A stretch of 64,000 bases of DNA. Origin: Ruditapes philippinarum (Eukaryota). Each line of letters opens with the position of its first letter. Positions within the stretch are counted from its first letter, which is position 1. Under the pieces are notes generated by a model. The model did no database searches. It was given only the letters and a program-made list of their open reading frames with translations, and had not been told where the DNA came from. The stretch lies in the NCBI RefSeq assembly GCF_026571515.1, contig NW_026860662.1:1-64000 (forward strand), given 5' to 3'. Positions 26,145-39,286 of this stretch are shown piece by piece. The position numbers and the translations under genes are program-made.

Positions 26145-26340
26145 GGGGGGCGGTGGGTTGGTGGTTAAGGTCTTTGCCTCTCAACCCAGGGATCATGGGT
26201 TCCAGCACTATTCGGGAGACGGCCATGTTTCTTCATATGACACCAGTACTGGTTAGTTCCAGGAAGCGCACTCGAAAGTGATTAATATCAGTTGCAAGAA
26301 CTTGTTTCGCAATCGAGCTTAAGTAAATGTTTAAACTGAT
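26145..26340 (+). mobile_element. tRNA-derived SINE (second family)
   Basis: Head gggcggtgggttggtggttaaggtc...gggttccagcac with an imperfect TSD aattgta(t/c)agt. Minus-strand relatives lie at ~30915-31045 and ~44000-44065. Confidence 0.65.
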
Positions 26341-27101
26341 AAATTGTACAGTCAAACAAAAAAATCGACCCTCATTGCTGTTTTACTTAAAACTTGACAA
26401 AACAAATTTGACTATTTAGCTTAAAAATGATACAATCAAAATGTGTTATCCTCCCTTCAATGTTACATTATCAATAAAAATAAAACTTTAAATCAAATAC
26501 AGAAAGTTTGGTGATATATTCATTAGATATCAGTAACGGGAAATTAACTTATCAAAGCAACTTATTTTAGGTGGTTTGTATATTTGAATTCAATATGTAT
26601 GTAATTGAAATATAGTTTACGCGGTGTGTTAAAATCAGATCTGCACTTTATATCTCCCTTTTGACGTGCAAATAATCAAAACAGTTGGAAGTTTGACATT
26701 TTGAAATATTTGTTGTTATTTTATTATGAACTGTAAGTTTATAACACGAAGGAAGAAAGAATTGATTTCCTTTAAAAATTGTTTTCCGTTATCTGCGTAT
26801 ATAATGTACACTAATTTATAAAACTTGAACAAATACGCCAACTCGTTAGACACTTTGAACTACTTTGTCTTCAAATATATTAAATCTTGTTTAAATATAA
26901 ACATACGTATTACAAAGTTTTAAAGCTATCAAAGTGTACATGGTCAACAATATTAAATATATCAGTCTGGTCGTTGTATAAATATCCGCTATAAACTGAT
27001 ATCTAAATATATTGTACAGTGATTTATAAGAATTAAATGTCGTCTTTTTCTAGAGTAATTAACAAAGCAGTAATCAACTTTATGACACACAGCAGTGGTA
27101 T

Positions 27102-30100
27102 ATGATGCTATCACGTGATGATGGGGACAAATCAGGAAATGGACTGCACGTGCTATTTATTCTTGCTACCTTTATACATTCAGGTTGGTACAAATTTCAA
27201 CTTACAATCTTGATATATAACGTTAAGGGTGACTGATGTCTATACTCCTTTTCTTAAGCGTGACACGTATCACTTGAAACAGTGTGCACATAACGGAATA
27301 ATCTATACGCATAACGTAATGTAGCGTGCACACAATGAAATGATTTATACCCATAACGTAATGGAATGCGCATACAAAGAAACGATTTATACACATAACG
27401 TAAAGTAGCGTGCACAAATGAAATGATTTATACCCATAACGTAATGGAGTGCGCATACAAAGAAACGATTTATACGCATAACAAAATGAAGTACCCATAC
27501 AATGAAATGATTTATACCCATAACGTAATGGAGTGCGCATACAAAGAAACGATTTATACGCATAACAAAATGAAGTGCACACAATGAAATGATTTATACC
27601 CATAACGTAATGGAGTGCGCATACAAAGAAACGATTTATACGCATAACGTAATGTAGCTTGCACACAATGAAATGATTTATGCACATAACGTAATGGAGT
27701 GCACATACAATGAAATGATTTATGCACATAGCATAATGGAGTGTTCGTACAATAAAATGATTGATACATATAACGTAATGGAGTGTGCATGGAATGAATG
27801 ATTGATATGCACGTTGTGAAGGTTGCATGAAATAAAATGTCTTATACATTAGTTAGGCATATTTAAATGAAGTGTTCATGTAACAAATGATTGATTCGCA
27901 TTTCAAAATAAAGTACACGTAACCAAAAATCATAATAAAGTGTGAGTCAAACGAAATGATCAAAATACACATAACGAAATGGAATGTACATAACGTATTA
28001 AAGTGTGCACTGTACGAAATGACTGATAGACAACATCTTATTAAGAATGCACGTAACGTAATAATGCTAGGTATACAAACTTATCAATATGCATGACGTG
28101 ATGAAGTGTACATGTCACAAAACGATAATTCGCAAACCCATTATGTTGGTTTTGTCATGACGCGGCTCAATTATGTTTATATAACGTAGAGAAGTGCACA
28201 TATAACGTAATAAAGTGTGTATAACAAAATGATAAACGCAATAAAGTGTGCATACAACGGAAAGGTCAATATGTATAACGCAATAAAATATGTACAAAAT
28301 GTAATAAAGTGTGCATTTTACGAAATGGTCAATACGCATAACGTTTTGAACAGTGGAAATAACGGAACGATTTATATCAGCAACGTTACATATCTGCAGA
28401 TTTTAACTCGAAACATCATTTTCATTACACGAACACACTAACAACTATCCTAAGTACTCGGGCTTAGTGTCCATCCTCACTTTTTGTATGATATATTGCT
28501 ATAAAAATGTAACACCTATTTCATGATGATACGGCCAACTTATACATAATGTAATGAAATTTCCTAATTGTTACTTAGCATGACATAATGGTATATTGAA
28601 AAGGTAAGTTATAATGAGGCAGATATTATATTACTTTAAATTCTCTGATTTCATTTTTTGTCGCATGTTGTCGCACGTATCTAACAGATGACTGCAATCA
28701 GTAAACGATCAGACTAGATAATAACTACTGATTATAAATATGTTAAATGATGTAGAATGATTGATACGAATCAAAATAAGCAATGGTAAGGTTTTTGGAC
28801 TACATTAACAAAAAATTATTATGATTGTTTTTCTAAACTAATTTCAGTATTGTGTACATAAGTTTAGAGGACACGAATGGTCCCCGTGATTTAGCAGCTA
28901 CCAGCATAAAATCAGCGTTAATTCACTTCAATTTAAACTACCCAGCCGGTCCTTTATTAGCCAACATGTATGTATACCTCTATATGGTTAGTTACATCGT
29001 ATTAAATCTTTAGTTATGGCTTTAAAATCCTAGAAGCTAGAATCTGCTTGATCTGAATCTTAATTACATAACTATCAAATACGATGCGAAATTTCATAAA
29101 AGTCAACGTTGAAATCATATAATTAGACATTTTTTTATTTTAATCAAACTAATTGAGAATCTAATTGCCATACTTATATTAAAAGTTCGTTAACCCTTTC
29201 AAGTTACATTTATTACTTGTATTAAATGTGTTAACCTCTACTTTTCGTCATATATTTTATATTAAAACTATCATTAGCTCTGGGTATAAGGACTTCACAT
29301 TAAAAACTCAGTGTTCTTTAAGATTGTTTACTTCAGCCTTTATCACAAAATACGTGTAGATGAAAGACATTACATAATGTGATATATGCAGTTCATATTG
29401 AGGTATGTAGTATATATTAAGATATGTGGAACATATTGAAATATGCGGTACATATTTAGATATGTAGTACATAATGAGGTATGTGGTTCATTTTGATATA
29501 TGTGCACATATTGAGATGTGTGGTACATATTGAGGTATGTGGTACATATTGAGGTATGCAGTTCATATTGAGGTTTGTGTAGATATTGAGATAATTATGT
29601 GGTACATATTTAGATATGTGGTACACATTGAGGTATGTGGTATATACTGAGGTGTGTGTAGATATTAAGAAATGTGGTACATATTTAGATATGTGGTACT
29701 TATTGAGGTATGTGATACATAGTTAGGTACATTAACATTTAATAAGTAACTTGTCATCACACTCTATATAAGGACTGAAAACTGATGTATAAATACTCGA
29801 ATATATTGCACTATCAAATTATTTCTATTTCTATTATAGTAACCAGCAGTGTGAATGGAGGATTGAAGCTTCTAATATAACAGATGCTATAAGGATGGAA
29901 ATAACTGATGCAGAAATAGAATACCATGCTAGCTGTGTGTATGACCACGGTGAAGTTTTCGACGGTAACCTTTTTTTCAGCATTTATCTAATAAGCTTGC
30001 ATTAATACATTTGAAACACATTAATACATTTTCGATGATATATGAATGGTGGGCGTGGTACATTTTCGATGATATATGAATGGTGGGCGTGGTACATTTT

Positions 30101-31508
30101 TGATTATGTATGTATGGTGGACGTGGTACATTTTCGATGATATATGAATGGTGGGCGTGGTACACTTTCGATGATATATGTATGGTGGGCGTGGTATATG
30201 TTTCGATGATATATGTATGATGGCGTGTTACATGTTTAAATGATATATGCATGTTGGGCGTGGTACATGTTTAAATGATATATGTATGTTGGGCGTGCAC
30301 GGTACATGTTTCGATGATATAATGTATAATAGGCGCGGTACATGTTTCGATGATATTTTTATGACAAGCGCGGTGCACGTTTCAATGATATATGCATGAT
30401 GGGCGTGGTACATGGTTCGATAATATATGCATGATGGACGTGGTACAAGTTGCAATGATATATGCATGCCGGACATACATGTTTCAATGATATATGTACG
30501 ATATGCGTGGTGCATGTTTCAATGATATATATATGTATGCCGTACATGATGGTACATGTTTCAATGATATATGTCAATGGGCGTGGTAAGACGCAGTTTT
30601 TATGTGCTAGTCTGCATGTATAGAATAATGAGCTCGTTACAGGGTGATCCTAATGCCAAATCCGGTACCATCTTATTGCGTTCATGATATAAAGGAAGCG
30701 ATAACTTGTTCTCTTTACCAAACACTGTACATGTTTTCTGGTCCGTAATAATGCAGAGTGTTATGTTATCAGTTAGGGCCATAGTTTTGATATGTTTGCC
30801 GGACGCGATACATGTTTCCAGTTACGATAATGATTTGTGGGGGATCTTTGCCGACGTGAAACATGGTTTGTTCATTGTAAGCGCTATTATAGAAACAAAA
30901 TGTTTACTTACCCCAAATTAGTTTAAACAGATTATTTTAGTTCGATTGTGTAGCAATACGTGAAAATTTTCTGACGGGGGTTTGAACCCACGCGGTCGGC
31001 AGTGCTTCGAATACTAGCCCAAACCGCCAATCACTTAGCGACGACGTCACTCACAACCCGTAATTGTTTATTCCAATCTTTTATATGGAAAGTACATTTT
31101 GTAATCATATCAGCATTATTTTTGTACATATACATGTAAGTCGAAAGCGTTGCTGGTAAAATTCAATGTTCACTTTATAATAGGATTTTTGTTTTAGTAC
31201 TAAAAAACAATGGTAATTAAAATGTAGCTCGTATTAAATTCTTTGACAACTCTTGTTCTGTAAACATCATGATCGTTTATTTCATATTAACCTGATATCA
31301 CGTAACAAAATACAAGTCGCGACAGATTGATTTTTGAAGTAATTACTGCTTTCAAGTAAACCGCGTGTGTTATATTACACGTGAAATATCCTTGTCGCGT
31401 AGAAACATGGCTAGTTCAAAACTTTAGTAATTAATACCAGTCAGGTTTTTAAAATAGAAATAAAGCTCGTCAAAATGGCGGAAATGAAAGATGCAGTTAC
31501 GCTTTCAG

Positions 31509-31541
<33 letters not shown>

Positions 31542-34336
31542 GTGTTGTAATTCATAAAAAGTCCGTGCATGTATGATTTGATTATAGATTTATTAATATC
31601 GTTCCAACTGGTTTTTTATCGAAAAATATAACTTTAAATATAATTGATAAAAATATAATAATAATTAAGCTAGAAGAGTCGTTAGTTCCCTAAATATGGT
31701 ACAAATGGTTGAATTAACGGGACTTTTGTTATTTGTAGGTTACAATGTGTCGGCAGACTCTCTAGGCAAATTTTGTGGCAGAGATAACCCGTCGTTTGTC
31801 AGCACGGGCAACTACATGGCTGTCTCATTCAAGTCGGATTATAGTCTACCAGCAAAAGGATTTAAGGCACGCTACAAGTCAGGTCCAAGATGTAAGATTT
31901 ATCATTTTAATATTAACTTTTGTTAGGTTTATGCACAATTCAATGGTAACAACGCCCCGCCATTAGGAAAGCGAAGGAAAATAGCTAAGTTGCACACGCT
32001 TGCAGGGTCAATTGTTTTGTTTTATGTCCAGGTAGCAGAAAGTGTTCTCAGTGTGAAAGCAGAGGTTTTATCATCTCCCCTTTAACAGGGGTTTGATATC
32101 AAAGTACAGCCAATTTCCCGTGTATTTGATAGCCGCCGTTACAATTGACTCGTGTATTATACAAATGAGCGGAGTCAAGACAAAACCAACATAATGGGTT
32201 TGCGACCAGCATGGATCCAGACCAGCCTGCGTATCCGCGCAGTCTGATCAGGATCCATGCTGTTCGCTTACCAATTCTATTACAAGTATAGAAACTGATA
32301 GCGAACAGCATGGATCCTGATCAGACTGCGCGGATGCGCAGGCTGGTCTCGATCCATGCTGGTCGCAAACCCATTATGTTGGTTTTGTCGTGACGCGGCT
32401 CAAATGTGAAGTAAAATTTAACTGTTGGCTAGGTTTTTACTCGCAGTCATGATTTTACCACGATGACATGATAAATGTGACGAGTGTTTTGGTCTGAATT
32501 ACATGACTTTAATTGGTGTTGTTAAAAAGTGTTCGAAATCAAGATTGAAGCTAATGACAAATTCGAGTCGGCTTATGAGATATTTGATCCACGTGGTACA
32601 AGTGGCTTTCTTGTAGTTTATGCTTACACAAGATCGAAGTACTGGAGTTTGTGTAACTTTGATCTCCAGCAAGTAAGGTGGAGTTGATCCTCGGTGTTGC
32701 ATTAAGTGTGTTACACCAGGCTAGCCAAAATTCCATATGCCCCTTAAACAGCAATGTAATGACATATATATTTGCACATAAATAAGAGATCCAAATAAGA
32801 GTGCATATTCGTGGACGCGATTTAGAATTCAAATCTTTTTGTATTTTCATTTAAGATTATATTGGTATTTTTATACAATGTGCTGTTTTGATTAATTAGA
32901 TTTTGTTAATCATACATTATGTGTATAACATCTACACAATATAGTTTATAGCATTCTCAACAATAATAATGTACTTTAAACTTCCACCGTTTCAATGATT
33001 TCAAGCAAGGAAATAATTAAAAAAATAATTTGCTTATCTTATGACTTCAACGGATAAAGCATTTTAGAGTTCAAAACCTAATCCAACCGTCAGTTATTGT
33101 ATAAAGTAGAATTGCAAGAGAAAACATTGAAAATGATAACATTGTCAAATTCGAATAATATACACAAATACTGTTCCAAACTAACCTAAATTGCTCACAA
33201 TAAAACCAAAAGAGCAGATTTGAATTATTTTCTCCGCTTATGTTAGTTTAAGCTTTTTTAAGTGTTAAACTATTGATATTTATATAACATTGTTTTGTAT
33301 ATGAGTTTTATGGAAACATTTTACAATAATAAATGACTGGACTATAACCATTTGACAAGTTTATTTATCATTTGGAAAAGAAGAAAGAAATTTTATTGTA
33401 AGGCATAATATAAAGACGGCATAACATACTGATAGTATTATTGTAATTTCAGCAAGTCTACTTGACAAGGAAGATGATGAACAACAAGTCAATATGCTGG
33501 CCATTGTTGGTGCTTCTATCGGCTCTGTTGTTTTTATCATTGTTGTAATGACAATGGTATATACCTATATACAGGCCAAGAAAGCGAAAGAGATGCGGAG
33601 GAACCCCCATTTACACCGTGGTATGGCACGTGTCGAGCCATTTAGTTTTGGAGGTGGGTGGAGTTACCTTGACGGACCGGCTCCTCCAGCTTACGGGGAG
33701 ATTTATTCATCCCCAATGTCACCCCCACCACAGTATAGTGAAATAGATCCAAATGTGAACCCCTCTGAACGTCTACCAGGTCGCCGGGAATATATGGCTG
33801 ATAATCAGGCAGCTGAAACAGAACAAACTCAAGGAAATCAACGGGAGAGAACAGATACGATTGCAAACACACATTTTATGATGACAAGTAGCTTACGTAA
33901 TATACAAGCAATCACTCATTCAGCCGGCAGACGGCCAATATCTGTAGCTCAAAGTACAACTGATTCCTTACAAACTTTAAACCCGGCTTTACTCAATACT
34001 GCCGGAAATAGTTCGGGTACCAATGACAATAATGCTGGTATCAATTTGCCAGGCCAAACTGATAGTCTTCCTTCAGCAGTTGCACCGATTTCAACTACTT
34101 CCTCTGATAGAGTTGGGGTCACATCTAACATTTGTCAAAATAACACACATACTCAATCTCAAAGGGAAACAACTGATGGCTTGTCTCAGTCCGCTCAAGA
34201 TAGCACAGTTACCTCCCGTAATCTATCGGCGGATGGATTTGTCTCCCCTGGACCTAACGTGCAAGACATCGATGATAATATCTCAGTTGTATCAGAAATG
34301 TCACTTCCACCTTTACCTGTACAGGATACTAACTAG
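27102..34336 (+). CDS. CUB-domain type-I membrane protein, paralog 1 (exon 2 frameshifted as assembled)
   Basis: Exons: 27102-27183 (..GLHVLFILATFIHS, signal-like), 28848-28967 (degenerate, ..NYPAG..), 29840-29964 (NQQCEWRIEA..CVYDHGEVFD), 31739-31891 (GYN..GKFCG..FKSDYS..GFKARY..GPR), 33453-34336 (SLLDKEDDE, TM, KKAK, PPAY, PPQY, S/T/Q/N-rich tail). Intron phases are 1/2/1/1, as in the paralogs. Confidence 0.8.
27270..28380. repeat. 42-bp minisatellite (intron 1 of CUB paralog 1)
   Basis: Unit ~cataacgtaatggagtgcgcatacaa(t/a)gaaa(t/c)gatttatac(c/g), period 42, decaying to the right. Confidence 0.9.
29400..29730. repeat. 19-bp minisatellite
   Basis: Unit ggtacatattgaggtatgt. Confidence 0.9.
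30026..30590. repeat. 34-bp minisatellite
   Basis: Unit acattttcgatgatatatgaatggtgggcgtggt. Confidence 0.9.
31508..31540. repeat. (GTT)n microsatellite
   Basis: About 11 units. Confidence 0.95.
32167..32401. mobile_element. Palindromic MITE, Sola2-like (GAG...CTC, 4-bp TSD aaat)
   Basis: Whole-length inverted repeat flanked by aaat. A second copy lies at 42992-43226 and a half copy at 28130-28168. Confidence 0.8.
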
Positions 34337-36639
34337 AGTGATTCAATGTTTATGTTTAATTCAGCGAGATCCTAGTTTAGACAGAAGCAAGATAAGCTTT
34401 GTTTTATATGGCGATGATGCCGCCCTTTTGCATCTGATACCATTTTAGAAAATTTTAATTTATCTTAAACACGGTATATTGAAGCAATTACATTTTTTTT
34501 TATCATCATTTTAAAGTGAAATAATTAACAAACAGACACTTTTCATGTCATTTTAAGAAGTTGTATTTCTATATATAAAGGTTCATTAATTAAGAAGTTG
34601 TATTTTTATATAAAGGTGAATCAAATATATCAGTACCAATTGATATATTACACTGGAATCAATACAGTGTACAAATTTTTGTGAATGTTATTGTGCCCAT
34701 TATTTTCATTTAAACATTTTTTATAATTTTATTGTTCTGTAAATTTTCTTCGCGTGCTAATCATCTAACGTGCTCCAAATCTAATAATGAAATATGATTA
34801 CAAGATAGTATCCTTCCTTCAGAGTCAGATTTGTTATAGCTGGTACCTGTAAGCGATATTAGATCGTTCTGTCTCATCATTAAGATATTTTGCAGACACT
34901 GTATTTTAAACCGCGTTTTATAATTTTTCTATGGATTGAAATTGCAAGTTTGTATATTCTTAAACCAGTTATGTGCCTTTATTTGTTATCATATTTTTAC
35001 TTATTTCTACTATATAATCAAAGTTTATAGATTTGCATAGTTCTAAAGTGACTGACGTATTGATACATGTTATATTAGTTCTTACACTTGTTAAATGTTT
35101 TCAAGAAGTTTTACATGTTGTTATTTAGTATTATATATGGGGCTTTAAAATAATGTTTCATAAATGTAAGATTCAGAGTTGGTGTAAAGTATTAAGCTTT
35201 TAAGAAATCTACTAGCGTCTTCCGAGTGCTAAGATTTGACTTTTGTTTAAATATTTTATCATTATTTTAAGAGAATTTAGTGAGACGTTAATATTTTAAA
35301 AAGAAATTTAAAAAGCTATGAAGAAATTTAAGTTGAGCACTACCTTTATAAGAAATTTTAATTGCGTATACGAATGTATAAGAAAATGTTTTAATGTTTA
35401 TACAGTTTTTAAGGTTGAAGTTAATATGACGAAATGTGCTTTTAATGTTTCAGATAACATTGTTATAGATGCTCTATGTTTTTAATATTTATTATGTTTT
35501 TATAATAACTCAAGTGTATGATGCATTGTTATGTTGAAAATAAATCAAAATGATATAATATATTCATCATGCTATTTTGTCTTTATATGTGAAGGTGAAG
35601 TTTGGCTGTTACATTAATGCTGGACACTTATTTTTCTCGGGCAACAGATTTTCTGATTAGACTGCAGCAGTATTACCGCATTTGATATATTATATTACTG
35701 CCTGCACCTGAATTATAACACAAGCTAATAATGTCGCCATTAACGACAATAGTATCTATATTGTTACTGAAACATTGTATACAGTTGGTGTAGGTAATCA
35801 AAAACATCTTATGAAAAGAGTTTTGGCTGAAATGATCTAAAAGTAACATGCTATATAACTAAAACCAAAACAAACAGTTTTACGTTGATGAGGCGCATTT
35901 ATTTGGGTAACATGGAATCAGTAAATGCAATGATTCATTATACTGCTTTTACAAAACCTATTGAGATAGCAAATAGCTAAATTCATTCATTTTGATAATA
36001 AAGGACACAAAACATATGTAGTCTGCTGCTATAATCACATATTATCTATATGTGATAAGCTTGATTTTAATTTGTGATAACACGCATCACTGACAAGAGT
36101 ATATAAAATTTGTCGTAATGAAGTTTAAATATTCTGTCAGAAAAACAGAAATTCGAATCGAATATCAACGTGCAAAAAGATATAACGTAATGCACAGCCT
36201 CCATGCCATACGTTTTTTGAAATAATTGAAATAAGTCAAACCACAAAATGATATGAGGAGTAAGAGCATTTGTTCCAAGGAAAGATATGGTTATTTCAAT
36301 TAACTAATTAGTGACGTGAACGCGACAAAAGTACCAAACGAACATGTATTTTCTGCATGGTCACTATTTTTCTTTTTTTTTCTTTTACCTTAAGTAAAAC
36401 TGAATTAGTTATTTCTAAAGTTACAGATAATAAAAGTTTTGGCTCGGTGAGATCTGAGATTTTTTATATATTTTTTTATTTGTAACGAATATGGGGTTCT
36501 GAATATAGTCACAATATTGAATTAGTTTGTAAAGACTTTTGTCGAAAACTTTAATTTGTAAAAATAACAACCCAAAAACTACAAATTCAGCTATGGTTAA
36601 GGGAGGATATGGTAGATTGACCTTAAGTATTTCGTATAT

Positions 36640-37130
36640 GACAAACTGCATAAGATGTTTTGAAACCTTTTGACCATACCTATATCTAGATATCTAAAAC
36701 AGTGTTATTTAATGCTGAATTCTCTAGACAAAGTAGCTCGAATATGTTGGGTCACTAAAGTAAAACATGTTCTGTGTAGGTATGGTTTTGAATTTGTTTG
36801 GATACCTCAGGAAATTGGTGGCATCAAAATGTTTCTCGAATCCTTTAAACAGAGACTTATTGACTTGTGTACTTCAACAATGGCAAGAACATATAACGAA
36901 TTCTAGTCAGTGTTTCCACTTTAATAAATTTAAATATAGAATGATCGATACCTATTAGTAGAAATACCATTTAAACATAGATAGACGTTTTGTAATGATA
37001 GTTGTTACAACCATAAACTAGGCAGGCACAATAATAGCCTATCAACGTCTGTCTCCAATTTCTCCTTAAAGATAACATATATAGATTGTGACTTCCATGC
37101 TTTCTTAATATGTAAAAATGCAATCATATT
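36640..37130 (+). mobile_element. Decayed LINE ORF2 3' fragment
   Basis: Frameshifted ORFs QCYLML..WVTKVKHVLCRYGFEFVW..Q..FKQRLID / QQWQEHI, resembling the post-RT region of L2/CR1-type LINEs. Confidence 0.65.
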
Positions 37131-37194
37131 CGCGAACATTAGTTATTCATTTTATATATTTGCGAAAAAGAACTGCATGGTCTCTATGTATTAA

Positions 37195-37490
37195 TTTATA
37201 ATACTGCACGTTTGTAACGTCACTTTTCATTCGATAATCGTGACGTTTATATTATTAGTTATAAAGTTTTAAATACACGGCTGCTATCAATTTATGAAGC
37301 AAACTCACTTTTTTCATTAAAAAATGATGCTTGCTCAATTACAAATTCGTTATAAAGATTTTTGACATGTTATAAGGCCATATATAAACAGTTGTTTGAA
37401 ATATAACCCTCGACTAGCGGTTCGGGTTATATTTACAAACAACTGTTTATATAGGGCCATATAACCTGTCGAAAATCTTTATAACTAATC
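37195..37490. mobile_element. Hairpin-bearing non-autonomous element (relatives at ~53370-53930)
   Basis: Palindrome ttataaagatttttgacatgttata...tataacctgtcgaaaatctttataa. Shares tactgcacgtttgt..cacttttcatt with 53637-53667. Confidence 0.6.
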
Positions 37491-38059
37491 ATGTACAAGT
37501 GACATAACCACAATAAAGAAGCTTGTGTTTTATATATATTTATTAACGGAATATATAAACAGTCATAAATATTGTTTTGTGACTATATTGGTAAAATTTT
37601 TGTTTGTATACTATGTATTGTTTTTTTGCTGAATACCTAAGAAAAAAAAAATATTTGACTTCGGACCTGTGGCGGCAACGTGCACTATTCCTCAGTTCTA
37701 AAGGTTGCCTTGAACAGCCTATATGTGCGCAGACACCTACCCCGCTTCTATTTCTTTCAGATGTAACATAAACATTCCAATTAAATATATAAATATTTGC
37801 AATTGCATAGTTCTAGATACATACCTTTTTTCTATAGCTCATTATCAATATTACAAAAAAATGCTGTACACTCAAGATTATAACACCAGTTTTTACATCT
37901 TGTAATACCAACTGAATGAGAAAACTTTATAGATTCTCCTAGACCTTGTCATCTTACACAATATGTGCCACTTATTATCTGTCGACTGAAAGTTGGTTGC
38001 CAGCCCAAATCGCCAGTAAGAGCTGATGACAGAAAAAAATTATATGTGCATAGGAAAAG

Positions 38060-38940
38060 GCGTAGCCGAGGGTAACAGTATTTTTACGAGGGATAACATT
38101 TTTACTGTTACCCACAAACCCATGTGTTATTTATTTTATTACCCCGAACAAATACTGTGATGATCTGAATTTGTAAACTAAATTAAAGTCTAACTGTAAT
38201 AAAAATAAACCAAGAGTAGCAATAACTAAACTGTCCTTACCTTTCAAGTTTTAAGTGTGCTGTAGGCCTACTCGAGAAGCTGTTTTTCTTTTATTTATTT
38301 AGCAAGGGATGATATCTACCAGTCATAAAACATACAATAAGCGGTGTTTTATTTAGAAAACAAAATACTAACCCATTTATAAGGTTATGATCTGTGAAAT
38401 CTGATCCTTCCGTATCCAGAATATTCTGCGCATGGTTTTTGACAAAGTGCATTTACAAAATAACGATGATATCCTACAGATGTCTGTCAACCATCTCTAT
38501 CTGTAACGTTTCACTGGTAAAAAAATGTTAAATAATCCTTTGTTGCATGCTTTAATCGTTCCAGTTTAACAAAAAAATTATTCACATTACAATAACTTCC
38601 ATTGAAAACGGATGTTTACTTTTTGAATATTCAACAAAAGATATTTAATACGCGAAAAGAACTCTAGGGTGCAAAGAACTCAATTTTAAGAGAGTCGTAG
38701 TTACTTTGGTGATGCCCTAGGCCCTACCGTCGAAAATAAGAATGAATCAAGAGAAAAATGGCGGCCATTTTATTTAGAAAATAGACCACGTGACCAGATT
38801 TTATACTGTTAGAAATACTGTTACGTTACCTATTTAACAGAACAAAATTCTTAGTCACGTGGTACACTTGCATTAACAGTAAGAATAACTCCCAGAGGCC
38901 TATGGGAAATTAATATTACGAAAAAAGTGAGGGGTAATAA
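38060..38940. mobile_element. HINE-like element, same family as 10530-10895
   Basis: Inverted copy of 10530-10790, with subterminal pair ttattacccc / ggggtaataa. Confidence 0.65.
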
Positions 38941-39209
38941 CACAGACTGACATGAAAAATAAAATCATATTTATCATCCTTCAATACGATAACTCACAAG
39001 ACTAAACAAAGCTTTCATTTTGACATCATAATTTTACTGAAACTCCTAGCTAGAATTCCTCAATTATATCATATTCGACACATATTGTCATCAATGGCTA
39101 CGATACGAAGAATAATATCATATTAACAGCAATGTCATCTATGGCTTTACTGGAGCATTATCATTTTCATAACTGACATATTATGTCATCAATTACTAGA
39201 CTGGAAACA

Positions 39210-39234
39210 ATATTATTATTATTATTATTATTTC

Positions 39235-39285
<51 letters not shown>
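39210..39285. repeat. (TTA)n microsatellite
   Basis: About 24 units with one interruption. Confidence 0.95.

Positions 39286-39286
<1 letters not shown>

Noticed and set aside
27223-27849. 208-aa Cys/His-rich ORF (and ORFs at 29977-30577)
   Set aside because: These are antisense translations of intronic minisatellites, open in several frames
34023-34448. Alternative-frame and antisense ORFs over the CUB terminal exons (also 33642-34131, 46195-46524)
   Set aside because: These are shadows of the real coding frame and are not conserved between paralogs
38015-38040. Hammerhead ribozyme core (ctgatga..gaaa)
   Set aside because: No stem II or flanking helices could be paired
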